Assembly (NCBI GenBank): GCA_023379265.1
Contig: JAMCUI010000004.1
Coordinates: forward strand, 73,273-137,272
DNA: 64,000 bases
Direction: 5' to 3'
Source of the DNA: Patescibacteria group bacterium
GTDB lineage: Bacteria; Patescibacteriota; Microgenomatia; 2-02-FULL-39-11
The notes below the pieces were generated by a model. That model worked only from the letters and a program-made list of their open reading frames with translations, had not been told where the DNA came from and did not search any database. The first letter of the stretch is position 1. Each line of letters starts with the position of its first letter. Made by a program: the position numbers and the translations under genes. Shown piece after piece: positions 36,589 to 45,381 of this stretch.

Positions 36589-36840
36589 CCGCCAAAAGTG
36601 TATGCCGCGAGCAACTCGCCCGGGGCATACATTTGGACTCATCTTTCCGTTATTCTATCAACGATGTAGGGGTCTTGCGGATTTCCGCAGGGAAACAAAG
36701 ACAGAGAGACAAAAGAGGATATCATACTTTTTTGTTGGATCCGGTGTCTACACTGGATATCAACCACCCTCTTTACTTTTCTGTCTCCCCTAATTTCCAA
36801 GGAGATAAAAAGGTTTTGTCTTTTTGGATGTTCAGATAAT

Positions 36841-36957
36841 TGGACTTTTTCAAATTGTCTGAAAAAAAGATTATGGAATTTATGAAAGTATACTGTTCCA
36901 CGAGTTAACCCCTTTATGCGGGGTTATTTCTAGTGGGATGGATATGCACCTTAAAAA
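36841..36957 (+). repeat. Repeat family B/C copy 2 (5' part truncated)
   Basis: ttgtctgaaaaaaagattatggaatttatgaa ... aaccccttt atgcggggttatttct ... tgcaccttaaaaa. Confidence 0.7.
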
Positions 36958-37095
36958 TTGAATGATAACGGAATAATCACCTTCCCTTTCACTTTCATTT
37001 GGCGCGAGAGAACCAGCACCTAATTTCATTCGTGATACTAAATACGTAATACGTAATACAAATTTAGGTTCTGGTTTTCTCAAGCGTCAGATGAA
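36958..37095 (+). promoter_or_regulatory. Repeat family A copy 3 (17-bp stem gagagaaccagcaccta / taggttctggttttctc with 45-nt loop)
   Basis: Read directly. Confidence 0.75.
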
Positions 37096-37132
37096 AAAAC
37101 CAAAATCAAATATACGAAAGGAAGGTGCAATC

Positions 37133-39313
37133 ATGACAAAGTTAGAATTGCTAAAGTACCTCCGAAGAACAAACAGGTCACGGAAGTTTTACGAATTACT
37201 CACTAAATACCAAAACAATCTGTTTTTCAGGTTGAGAGGATTTAGTAGTGATTCGTTTCGACTCTACCTGAAGTTTGTCGGAGAGGCAAATTTAGCAAGA
37301 ACCATCGGAGACGTCAACACGACTTCACTCCGCCGCGTCTATCGCGTCCTCAAGAAAAGGTACGGGGATGAGGATGAATTGGAAGAGGATGATGGTCTAA
37401 CCATCAATATGAGTAAAGTACTTACAGTCGCGATTCTGATCGTGATTGGACTCGTAGTTCTGATGGGTCTCCCGGCGATTGGGGAAATCTCTTCCCAACT
37501 CGGGATACAGCTGGAGAAGGTGGCTGCGTCGATACCAACAACTCAACCGCAACCGCCAACCCTGGCACCAACACCCATCCCTCCCACCAAAGCTCCCCCT
37601 CTTCCCCCGCCCCCGACAGCGACACCTCAACCGCCTCCTCCGACGGTTGTAGTGGAGATGACAGCAACAGAAGCAGCTCCAGCCACTGACTGCGGCAATG
37701 AACTTTCAGCACAGGAATGTCAGAGGCTGCATGGTATGGTGGCTGCATACGGGAAGAAATGGACAGATGGGGATCCTAGTACCGGCTTGCCGCTTGGGCC
37801 GATGATGGTGGACAGGTATCTGCACGTGTGGAACCGGGATTGGACAGCTACGCAACAGGGGTTTAACGACATCCTGGGTCCACAAGGTGGGAACAGTACA
37901 CAAGCCACCAGTTCGGCAAGTTCTCCGGCGAAAAAATCGACACCGTATCCTACCATCGGCTACATTCAACCGATGACAATCACGGTGCAGGACAATAGCG
38001 GTCCGGCAGAAAATCCGACTCCCACAGCAACTCCATCTCCGCAAGCACAAGGAGGATGCAAGTCTGACGACTGGGGTTGTCAGTTCGGGAACTGGCTGCA
38101 AAGCCAATTTACGCCGATGACGTCGACACCCCAGGCACAGACGCAAACTAGCGGAAGTTGGTGCGTGAAGAAAGTGGATTGGAACGCCATGCAGGCGTGG
38201 TACTCCCACGGTACGGGAGACTTCACCGCAAATCTGCGTGACGTGAACCAGGGAGTGCTTCTGGACCGGGGTTTCAGCTGGACTGGTTTATATTGGAAAC
38301 CGGTCAATCTGTGCGGTAACGCCCAGATTATCGGCAACCCGCCGGCAAACCAATCGCAGGGGCCGCAAGCGCAAACACAACCCACACAGAGAACTCCGCT
38401 ACCCGGGTGGATGGCAAGCGCAGGAAGCTGGGGCTGTTGGGCATCTCCTTGGGGTGTAAGTCTGGATGCACAGATAGTAGATGGGTATTGGACCAATGAC
38501 GGTTACGTACTCATTTACTCACCACAGCGGGGCAAGAACGAGGTGGAAAAGGATCCCAACAAGATCCGGCAAGGAAAATGTCCGCCTACGCCAACGCCCA
38601 TGCCCACCAGTACGCCGCTTCCCCAACCGACTGCTCCACCACAGCGGATCGGGATCTACTGCATTTCAAGTGCAAGCGCCACAGGAGCAAGCGTCATGCT
38701 GACGCCAAACTCAGGCACAGGCGTAAACGTGACGCAGCAATTCCCGGTATACGAGGGATTCCGCTGGAACGGCCGATACCAGGAACCGGATGGCAGCAAA
38801 CCGATGTGCAACAGCTTGCCACAGTTTGCGCCGCCGGCACCTACCCAGATGACGGCACCGTTGCCCTCACCAACAGCATCCGTCTGCGTCCAATCAGTAT
38901 CGGACACGACATTGTATCTTCTCTGGAACAGCAGCCACGTCACTAAAAGCGTGACTGATGCTTCCGCAGGGCTGAGCCCTTACGGATTCAGCTGGACAAA
39001 CGGCAGATGGGTGACAAACACAAACGTCAAATACTGTGCCGGACCTCCCGGACCAACTACTGCTCCAACAGTCAGCGGTCCGCCCGGACCTACTGCAGTA
39101 CCAGCGCCTGTAAGGACTGCGTGTTTCCTTAAAGTTGACGGACAGAACATCTATATGCGGACTTTCGTCAACGGGATTCAATCCCCGCATGGTGATGTAT
39201 CCGTCAACCGGTACACGCAATCAGCCCAGATGGACTCGTACGGTTTTCAATGGAATGTCCCATGGTGGGGCGATCCTGCGTACGACCAGGGCACAGTACC
39301 TTCATGTAACTAA
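37133..39313 (+). CDS. large secreted/anchored hypothetical protein: N-terminal TM/signal anchor, Pro-rich linkers, Trp- and Cys-rich repeats
   Basis: SD AAGGAAGG before ATG 37133 (ORF track start 37091 lies inside the conserved leader); PQPPTLAPTPIPPTKAPPLPPPPT linker; many W/C residues. Confidence 0.5.
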   Translation: MTKLELLKYLRRTNRSRKFYELLTKYQNNLFFRLRGFSSDSFRLYLKFVGEANLARTIGDVNTTSLRRVYRVLKKRYGDEDELEEDDGLTINMSKVLTVAILIVIGLVVLMGLPAIGEISSQLGIQLEKVAASIPTTQPQPPTLAPTPIPPTKAPPLPPPPTATPQPPPPTVVVEMTATEAAPATDCGNELSAQECQRLHGMVAAYGKKWTDGDPSTGLPLGPMMVDRYLHVWNRDWTATQQGFNDILGPQGGNSTQATSSASSPAKKSTPYPTIGYIQPMTITVQDNSGPAENPTPTATPSPQAQGGCKSDDWGCQFGNWLQSQFTPMTSTPQAQTQTSGSWCVKKVDWNAMQAWYSHGTGDFTANLRDVNQGVLLDRGFSWTGLYWKPVNLCGNAQIIGNPPANQSQGPQAQTQPTQRTPLPGWMASAGSWGCWASPWGVSLDAQIVDGYWTNDGYVLIYSPQRGKNEVEKDPNKIRQGKCPPTPTPMPTSTPLPQPTAPPQRIGIYCISSASATGASVMLTPNSGTGVNVTQQFPVYEGFRWNGRYQEPDGSKPMCNSLPQFAPPAPTQMTAPLPSPTASVCVQSVSDTTLYLLWNSSHVTKSVTDASAGLSPYGFSWTNGRWVTNTNVKYCAGPPGPTTAPTVSGPPGPTAVPAPVRTACFLKVDGQNIYMRTFVNGIQSPHGDVSVNRYTQSAQMDSYGFQWNVPWWGDPAYDQGTVPSCN

Positions 39314-39454
39314 TCAGAATGATGAAGCTCTGAACTCCGTTGTCATTCCCAGCCATAGTGGGAGCAGTTTTTATACTCTCCCGACAGGGGGGCTGGATGT
39401 TCTCATCCGTCAAACCCAAAATACCCCTAAATGCTCGTTTGGTCCCCAAAAGTA

Positions 39455-39590
39455 TTTGAGGACTGGACCAGGCAGACAAAGAAATTTGTCTGCAAAAAAG
39501 ATTATGGAACTTATGAAGAAATTCTGTTTCACTATTTAGCCCCTTATTGCGGGGTTGTTTCTGGTGGAATAGAAATTGCACCTTAAAAAG
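39455..39590 (+). repeat. Repeat family B/C copy 3 (perfect hairpin cagacaaagaaatttgtctg; ccccttattgcggggttgtttct; gcaccttaaaaa)
   Basis: Read directly. Confidence 0.7.
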
Positions 39591-39799
39591 TTCATCCATT
39601 CAAGAAAAAAGGACAGGTTGATTATAAAAAGTCAGCTGCCGCATGGAGGGTATAAAGTTTTGTATCTTCCAAACGGCAGCTGAATGAACAAATCGTATCG
39701 TAAACCAACAAATTCAACTCATAAAGGAGGTAAACGCGACAAGTTCAAAATCAGGAAATCCGTAATCAACCATGTTCAATCTCAAAACTGGAGGACAGT

Positions 39800-40708
39800 A
39801 TGTCGAAACGAAACGTTCGCAAACTGACGATCGTCGACGCAATTCTCTTGCTGACGGTTGTCCTTGTTCTTGCGGCCTGTGGGTCTCCGCCGCCCCCCAC
39901 TGCCACGCCGCAAAACCCCATCCTGAAGATTGTCACTGAAGCCATCAAAATTGACAATACCTCTTCAGATGTGGTGCTGGCTGATCTGTATCAGGCGCCG
40001 CTCAAAGACGTCCTGGACCTGTCAAACGTGCTTCCGCAATACAGCACGCAGTTTGACGCGCAGGCAAAGCAAACGCCACAGTCGCAGCAACAGGACCAGG
40101 CAATCCAGGCGGCAAAAGATCAGCAAAAGCAAACGCTTGACTATCTGAACAGTTGCTACATCGGCATGGTCAAGTTTCGGCGGTATCGAGCCGATGGCAA
40201 AACGGCTTTGACCGACGGGCACAGCATCCCGGCGTCCGGAAAGTACAAGGTCTTTTGTCCGACGGAACAAGATCGGCAGGCAGGAATGGCTCCCAACCAG
40301 CTTGCGCTCATCATGAGTGTCTGGTGGAATAAGTCCATGTCGGCGTGGTACTACTCGCCGCATGGCATCAGACCTGCGTACTTCGGCGTGCAGTTGGGAA
40401 CGGTTGAAACCGACCCCACCTTCAATCCCAACCAAGCGCCTCCGGCAAACCTCGGTACCCAATGGTGGGTGGGCACCGACTGTAACTTTCTCGATCTGGG
40501 CAGCAATCAAAGGATGCCGTGCAGCACCGACTGGGTACAACAGGGGATGAGCGTGGCATACGCCGCCAATCCGACACCGGGTGTCGTGGGCGTGCAAGCC
40601 CATATCCTGGTGCTCGCAAACGGCAAGAGCGGCATCCGCTACGTCTCGGCAGCAAGCATGGGCGACAACAGCCCAATGCCGCCGATTACGGGTAACGTCG
40701 AAAAGTAG
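39800..40708 (+). CDS. hypothetical lipoprotein
   Basis: Signal peptide + lipobox LVLAAC; SD GGAGG; GC-rich. Confidence 0.55.
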   Translation: MSKRNVRKLTIVDAILLLTVVLVLAACGSPPPPTATPQNPILKIVTEAIKIDNTSSDVVLADLYQAPLKDVLDLSNVLPQYSTQFDAQAKQTPQSQQQDQAIQAAKDQQKQTLDYLNSCYIGMVKFRRYRADGKTALTDGHSIPASGKYKVFCPTEQDRQAGMAPNQLALIMSVWWNKSMSAWYYSPHGIRPAYFGVQLGTVETDPTFNPNQAPPANLGTQWWVGTDCNFLDLGSNQRMPCSTDWVQQGMSVAYAANPTPGVVGVQAHILVLANGKSGIRYVSAASMGDNSPMPPITGNVEK

Positions 40709-40737
40709 AGATTTCTGACAAACAAGGAGGAAAAACC

Positions 40738-41181
40738 ATGCCAGACAAAAACAGCAAGCGCAAAAACAAAAAGCGCTTACAACCACCGCAGGAAGTTGAT
40801 TGGACTAAGGTCGCGCTGGACGGCGTCGGCATCGTGATCATCGCGGTCTTCATGATACTAGGAATGCAGGATTTGGCTGCGATGCTCATCTGGGGATTTG
40901 CCGGATACTTGCTTGCGCGAAGCGACAGACGCAACAAACTGGTATCGGGAATCGTGGGATTTGCCGTCGCGTGTGTGATCTTTGCGATTGATCCCATCAT
41001 CCCCCTCCAGACCTGGACGGTACGATTTATAGAGTTCGCCCAGTGCGTCGCGCTACCGCTTCTGATCGCCGCCTTCATCTGGCTCACTCTGTCAGTCTGG
41101 AAAGTCGTGGCGCAAAAGGTCAAAACCCTCATCAATCAACTCAACGAAGCGACGCGAGAGAAGACACCGCCCCAGGCGTAA
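40738..41181 (+). CDS. hypothetical small membrane protein (3-4 TM)
   Basis: SD AAGGAGG 30 nt after previous stop (operon). Confidence 0.45.
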   Translation: MPDKNSKRKNKKRLQPPQEVDWTKVALDGVGIVIIAVFMILGMQDLAAMLIWGFAGYLLARSDRRNKLVSGIVGFAVACVIFAIDPIIPLQTWTVRFIEFAQCVALPLLIAAFIWLTLSVWKVVAQKVKTLINQLNEATREKTPPQA

Positions 41182-41201
41182 AATCTCGAATGGAATGAAC
41201 T

Positions 41202-41279
41202 ATCGGGGACACTGCCACGTTTGGCAGGACTGTGACGCTTCATGCGTCCTCTCTTTGCCAAACGTGTCCCCCCGATTTT
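41202..41279 (+). terminator. Long imperfect hairpin (atcggggacac...gtgtccccccgat with nested acgtttggca/tgccaaacgt) followed by TTTT
   Basis: Read directly. Confidence 0.55.
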
Positions 41280-41535
41280 CCAGCTTTGAAAGAAATTTCA
41301 GAGCTGAGAATACGGTCTTTGCACCTTAAAATATGAAAGAAATCAAAATTACGCAGCGGGAATACCCGAGGGTGCGGCGTGGAAGATTAATATTGTCGAC
41401 AAAAACAATATCCGTTTTCCGCGTCGCGCCGTCGGGGAAAATCAAAAGTATGTCATCAGGAGGTGAAACAGAAAAACGAACACTCTATCGATTCAACCAA
41501 GTACATGAGATCAATCGAAAGGAGAATCTACGAAA

Positions 41536-42435
41536 ATGAGTAGACGAAGCAGAAAAAGCGGCGGTAGCATCTTCACTATCCGCAATGCCATTGCCGTCGC
41601 AATCGTGCTGGTCGTCGTGTTCATGCTCTTTGGGGCGGGTCAAGCCTTCACGATGGCTCTCCTCCACAACGCGACGAACCAGTCAGTCGGTGCCAGCACC
41701 ACCAAGGGCGAAATTGGACCTGCTCCTACGCAGACACCACTGAATCCGGTCACGCAAGCACAAAGGTCAATCGGCGAACTGCCGGGTCAGGTGATCCAGA
41801 AGGTCACTGCCAGACCTACGGCGACACCTATGGTCAAAGCCGATCCGTACGCGTACTTCCAATCTGTCGCGGACGACGACTTTACCATTTTGACTGTGGC
41901 GGCGAAAATGGAGCCGTGCGATCCCAATCACCCTGAGAACGGTGGTTTTACAGTCATCGCCACGCGCAACCAAGGCGGTTTAGACGGTGCGTTAAACGGC
42001 AGAACCTACACGCTGAAAGTCTGGGGCGTCGTACGCGCCGGTGTGGACATGAAGGGATTTAATTTATCAAACATCGAGCTGGTTGGCGACCACCTCGTCA
42101 TTCATGTCCCCAAAGGACACTTGGAGCAGCCGACATACTATCAGGATTGCACCTACGAAAAGACGAACAACGGCGCGTTCGTCATGCTGGGAAAGATCTG
42201 GTGGAACCTCACCGACTTGCCCGACATGAACGAAGTAAGTTTGCGGCGCGAGGCAATGAAGAAAGCCGACAACGCCATCGAGAGTGCGGGCTACAACATG
42301 GGACTCGACACGCTTGCCCAGCAGAAGGTGTTTGACCGCATCGTGGACGTTGTCAAAGCAGTGGACGGGGCGGCGCATCGAGAGACCCTCCCGATCATCC
42401 CAGACTACCAGACGAACCAACCCCCGCAGTACTGA
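41536..42435 (+). CDS. hypothetical N-terminally anchored extracytoplasmic protein
   Basis: SD AAGGAG; TM helix AIAVAIVLVVVFMLFGAG after basic N-terminus. Confidence 0.45.
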   Translation: MSRRSRKSGGSIFTIRNAIAVAIVLVVVFMLFGAGQAFTMALLHNATNQSVGASTTKGEIGPAPTQTPLNPVTQAQRSIGELPGQVIQKVTARPTATPMVKADPYAYFQSVADDDFTILTVAAKMEPCDPNHPENGGFTVIATRNQGGLDGALNGRTYTLKVWGVVRAGVDMKGFNLSNIELVGDHLVIHVPKGHLEQPTYYQDCTYEKTNNGAFVMLGKIWWNLTDLPDMNEVSLRREAMKKADNAIESAGYNMGLDTLAQQKVFDRIVDVVKAVDGAAHRETLPIIPDYQTNQPPQY

Positions 42436-42480
42436 CGCGAAACGATCTATGCCAACGAGTTTGTCTCCCCCGACGGCGCG

Positions 42481-42786
42481 ATGGGCATGGAAAGGAAGGT
42501 GATCTTGAAAAAAAGTTTGACAGTGAAGGGACTGTTTGCCGCCATCATACTCCTCCTCTGCGTCGCGTACTTCTTTAGCCCGATCAATTGGGCTGATGAC
42601 GTCATCCCGGTCCTGGGATTTGCGGATGACTTCGTCGACATCGCGATCGCGGTGCTGGATGTGATGTGGTTTTTCGCGCAGGCGAGAAAACTGAGAGAAT
42701 CGGGCGCAAACCCGGTTGCTGCTCTAGAGAGTTCTGCGCGAATTCCGAAGAAAAAACGGAGAAAAAAGACAGTCCATCGCGCGTGA
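42481..42786 (+). CDS. DUF1232 (YkvA-like) small membrane protein
   Basis: ADDVIPVLGFADDFVDIAIAVLD motif characteristic of DUF1232. Confidence 0.55.
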   Translation: MGMERKVILKKSLTVKGLFAAIILLLCVAYFFSPINWADDVIPVLGFADDFVDIAIAVLDVMWFFAQARKLRESGANPVAALESSARIPKKKRRKKTVHRA

Positions 42787-42791
42787 ACGAA

Positions 42792-42820
42792 ATCTTGAAC
42801 CGAACATCTCGGTTCAAGAT
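42792..42820. other. Perfect 12-bp stem hairpin (atcttgaaccga/tcggttcaagat, loop acat) just after the DUF1232 stop
   Basis: Read directly. Confidence 0.7.
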
Positions 42821-43244
42821 GCAATGATTTCTTTCATAAAATCAATAAAACCATGAGCGGATCCTGCGTTAGACAACAGGACCATGGTCTGGGTGGAGAC
42901 GAAGAAGAGATGAAATTTGGCACGCGCGCCAACTCCGAAGCTTTACCGCTTCCTCATCTCCTTTTCCCCCTCCGTTTTACCCAGTTTCCACTCCCTTGGA
43001 TATAATAAATCTATATTACATCCAAAGGAGTGGATTTTTAGAATAGTTCCATTACCCCGGAAGTAAACAAAAATTTAACTCCGGAGGAATGGAACGGTAA
43101 GTTTTTCCATTGCACATTGAAAACTTATGGGGAAAAAATGCAGTGGGGTTATAAGGTTTTAACCAGTTTGGTTACAGCCTTTCATCCCCATTGCATTCAT
43201 CGTGAAATAAAAACCAAAATCATTCGTGTCAAAAAGGAGGAACC

Positions 43245-44252
43245 ATGAACACGAACATGAACGTAGACTGGCGGGAAATCCTGGAACAAACTCTCGAATT
43301 CCTGGATGGAATCGCCGAATGGATGGAAGAACGGTTGGGCTGGAAAGGGCTTGCAGTAAGCGCAATCGTAGCGCTCATCTGGCTGGTCCTCCTGACCCTT
43401 GTAGTCAAGATCTTCGCGCCGGGCTGGTCGGGCGCGATCATCTGGCTTACCCTGCTGGTCGGACTCCCGGCAAGCGTCTTCACCGGCATGGGCTGGAAAG
43501 CAGGCACGGTCTTGCCGGCGCTGGTGAGCATCGCGCACTTTTTGCGCACTCACTGGAAGGCGATTCTGGTCATCGGCTGGCCCGTCATCGCCTTCATCGT
43601 CTGGTGGTTTATTGCTGTGTTTATCAATGACACTGCAGATGCGCTTATTTACTGCGCGGTAGAAGGAGTGTTAATTTTCCTCCTTTGGAACCACCGACAT
43701 CCGCTGAACGTCACGAAAAAAAGTGAAAGACGCGACGTGTACAAACTGCCTGCAAGCTGGCTGCCCGGAGTGAAAGAACTGATCCTTTCGCTCATCGTCA
43801 TGTGCGTCTGGCTGGCAATCGTCATGGGTCTTGGAATCGCTCTTGGAACTAGCGTAGGATCCTGGATCCCGATTGCCATCGCGGTAGTCGCTTATCTAGT
43901 CAGCGGCTATTTCCTGCAAAAATACGTCAGGAAGGAGTTACCAGACGTCAACCTGTTCTGGACCCGGGTCATCGTGGATTTCGGTGAAAAGATGCTTATC
44001 ATCAACACAGAATTCCTTGGAATGGGTGAAAGACGGACGGTTCGTTTCAAGGACTTCAGCGAGGTGAAACATCAAGCAAAGGGCATCGGTGGCTTCTTCG
44101 TCAATAGCATCCACTTCTCACTAGAAATCATCGGTGGAGGTCCGCTCGTACTTCCCGGTCTGCGTTACAAAGGCGCAAAGTACGTGACGGCAAATGGTCA
44201 GTCGTACACAGGCGAGGATGCCTTGATTGCGTTGATGGACGAAACAAAATAA
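43245..44252 (+). CDS. hypothetical polytopic membrane protein
   Basis: SD AAGGAGG; multiple hydrophobic helices. Confidence 0.45.
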   Translation: MNTNMNVDWREILEQTLEFLDGIAEWMEERLGWKGLAVSAIVALIWLVLLTLVVKIFAPGWSGAIIWLTLLVGLPASVFTGMGWKAGTVLPALVSIAHFLRTHWKAILVIGWPVIAFIVWWFIAVFINDTADALIYCAVEGVLIFLLWNHRHPLNVTKKSERRDVYKLPASWLPGVKELILSLIVMCVWLAIVMGLGIALGTSVGSWIPIAIAVVAYLVSGYFLQKYVRKELPDVNLFWTRVIVDFGEKMLIINTEFLGMGERRTVRFKDFSEVKHQAKGIGGFFVNSIHFSLEIIGGGPLVLPGLRYKGAKYVTANGQSYTGEDALIALMDETK

Positions 44253-44409
44253 TTTCACCGCACAGGTTTTCGGGGGAGCACCCCAAGTCTCTTGAGGTGC
44301 TCCACCTCACACACTCTCCCCAAAAATCAACCTGCGTCCATCATCCTGGACAGGAATTATCCTGTCCGTGATTTGTGTACGCAGGATGATATTTAAGTTT
44401 CAAACCCGT

Positions 44410-44467
44410 TTGAGGAAATCCGGATTTTTGCATCCGGAATTTCATAGGACGGGTTTTTTAGTTGGAA
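44410..44467 (+). terminator. Stem aaacccgt/acgggttt enclosing inner hairpin tccgga-N8-tccgga, followed by T6
   Basis: Read directly. Confidence 0.5.
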
Positions 44468-44545
44468 AAAAATTTGGGGTTCCATGCTTGGAAAAGGTGA
44501 AGAAAAATGGTTAAATCCTTAGAGCGGGATGTGATTGGTATATAT

Positions 44546-44809
44546 TTACTGAAGCGGTGAGAGATTGAGATGTTTTTCGATACGCTCTACTCGTTGACGA
44601 AAATCCAAATATTCTTTATCAAAGAAATCTGTAATCGTACCTGTATCTTTTCTTATTTTGGCAATATCCAGTTTAATAGGTTTCAGATCATCTTTGGTAA
44701 CAAAACTTCTCAAATCATCCCTTCTCACAAAAGATTTCGCATCATCTTTGGTTAGAGCAACTTCCTTGATTGACTGCTTAATTTTTTGCAGATCTGTTTT
44801 TGTGAGCAT
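44546..44809 (-). CDS. small coiled-coil protein, paralog of 32106..32351
   Basis: 87 aa; conserved N- and C-terminal blocks with the 81-aa paralog. Confidence 0.55.
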   Translation of the reverse strand: MLTKTDLQKIKQSIKEVALTKDDAKSFVRRDDLRSFVTKDDLKPIKLDIAKIRKDTGTITDFFDKEYLDFRQRVERIEKHLNLSPLQ

Positions 44810-44847
44810 ATAACGACAATATTATGATAAGAAAAAATTGCTGTCAA
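44810..44847 (-). promoter_or_regulatory. sigma70-type promoter TTGACA-17-TAATAT, ending 9 nt before ATG; near-identical to the promoter at 32352-32388
   Basis: Reverse complement of 44819-44824 = TAATAT; of 44842-44847 = TTGACA. Confidence 0.55.
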
Positions 44848-44935
44848 TAACAACAGGACTATCTTAGATTTTTTGGGAGAACAAATAAAATTCTTAAATT
44901 GATAAATTATTCCAAAAGGAGCATAATAAGTCACC

Positions 44936-45361
44936 ATGAGTCCTGAGGGAAAAAGAAGATCAAGCATCCCCAGAGATCTGAGAGATGTTTACCAACAAAA
45001 AGAACCTCCGCTTGTTGAAATCCAGCCCGAAACTCCTTTGGAAAAAGAATTTGAACAACCGCCTGACATACCTTTTCAACACGTAGTAAAAGCTTTTGAA
45101 AAAGTCGTTTTCCAGGTAGGCCACAGGAAAGTAAAAAGGAGAGATGACTTGCGGCTTCCCAGACGAAATGTTGTTGTCGCACTGAGACAACCCAATGATC
45201 CCGATCAAACCATCTTTGCAAGAATCACTTCGGGAGCTGCCGACTGGATAGGAAGTATACCCACAGTTGGGATACATGGAGTAAGGCGCGTAGGACACGA
45301 AAAACTTCCCAAAAAGGCCAGGCAGGCAGCAAGACAGAAAAGAAAAATAGGTTTAAGGTAG
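44936..45361 (+). CDS. hypothetical basic protein
   Basis: Intact 141-aa ORF, no domain recognised. Confidence 0.3.
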   Translation: MSPEGKRRSSIPRDLRDVYQQKEPPLVEIQPETPLEKEFEQPPDIPFQHVVKAFEKVVFQVGHRKVKRRDDLRLPRRNVVVALRQPNDPDQTIFARITSGAADWIGSIPTVGIHGVRRVGHEKLPKKARQAARQKRKIGLR

Positions 45362-45381
45362 TCAAATATTTCGAAGAATGA

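Noticed and set aside
33080-44545. Island as an integron cassette array or prophage
   Set aside because: No integrase, attC-like R''/R' cores, capsid, terminase or other phage genes were recognised. The cassettes carry their own promoters, unlike integron cassettes.
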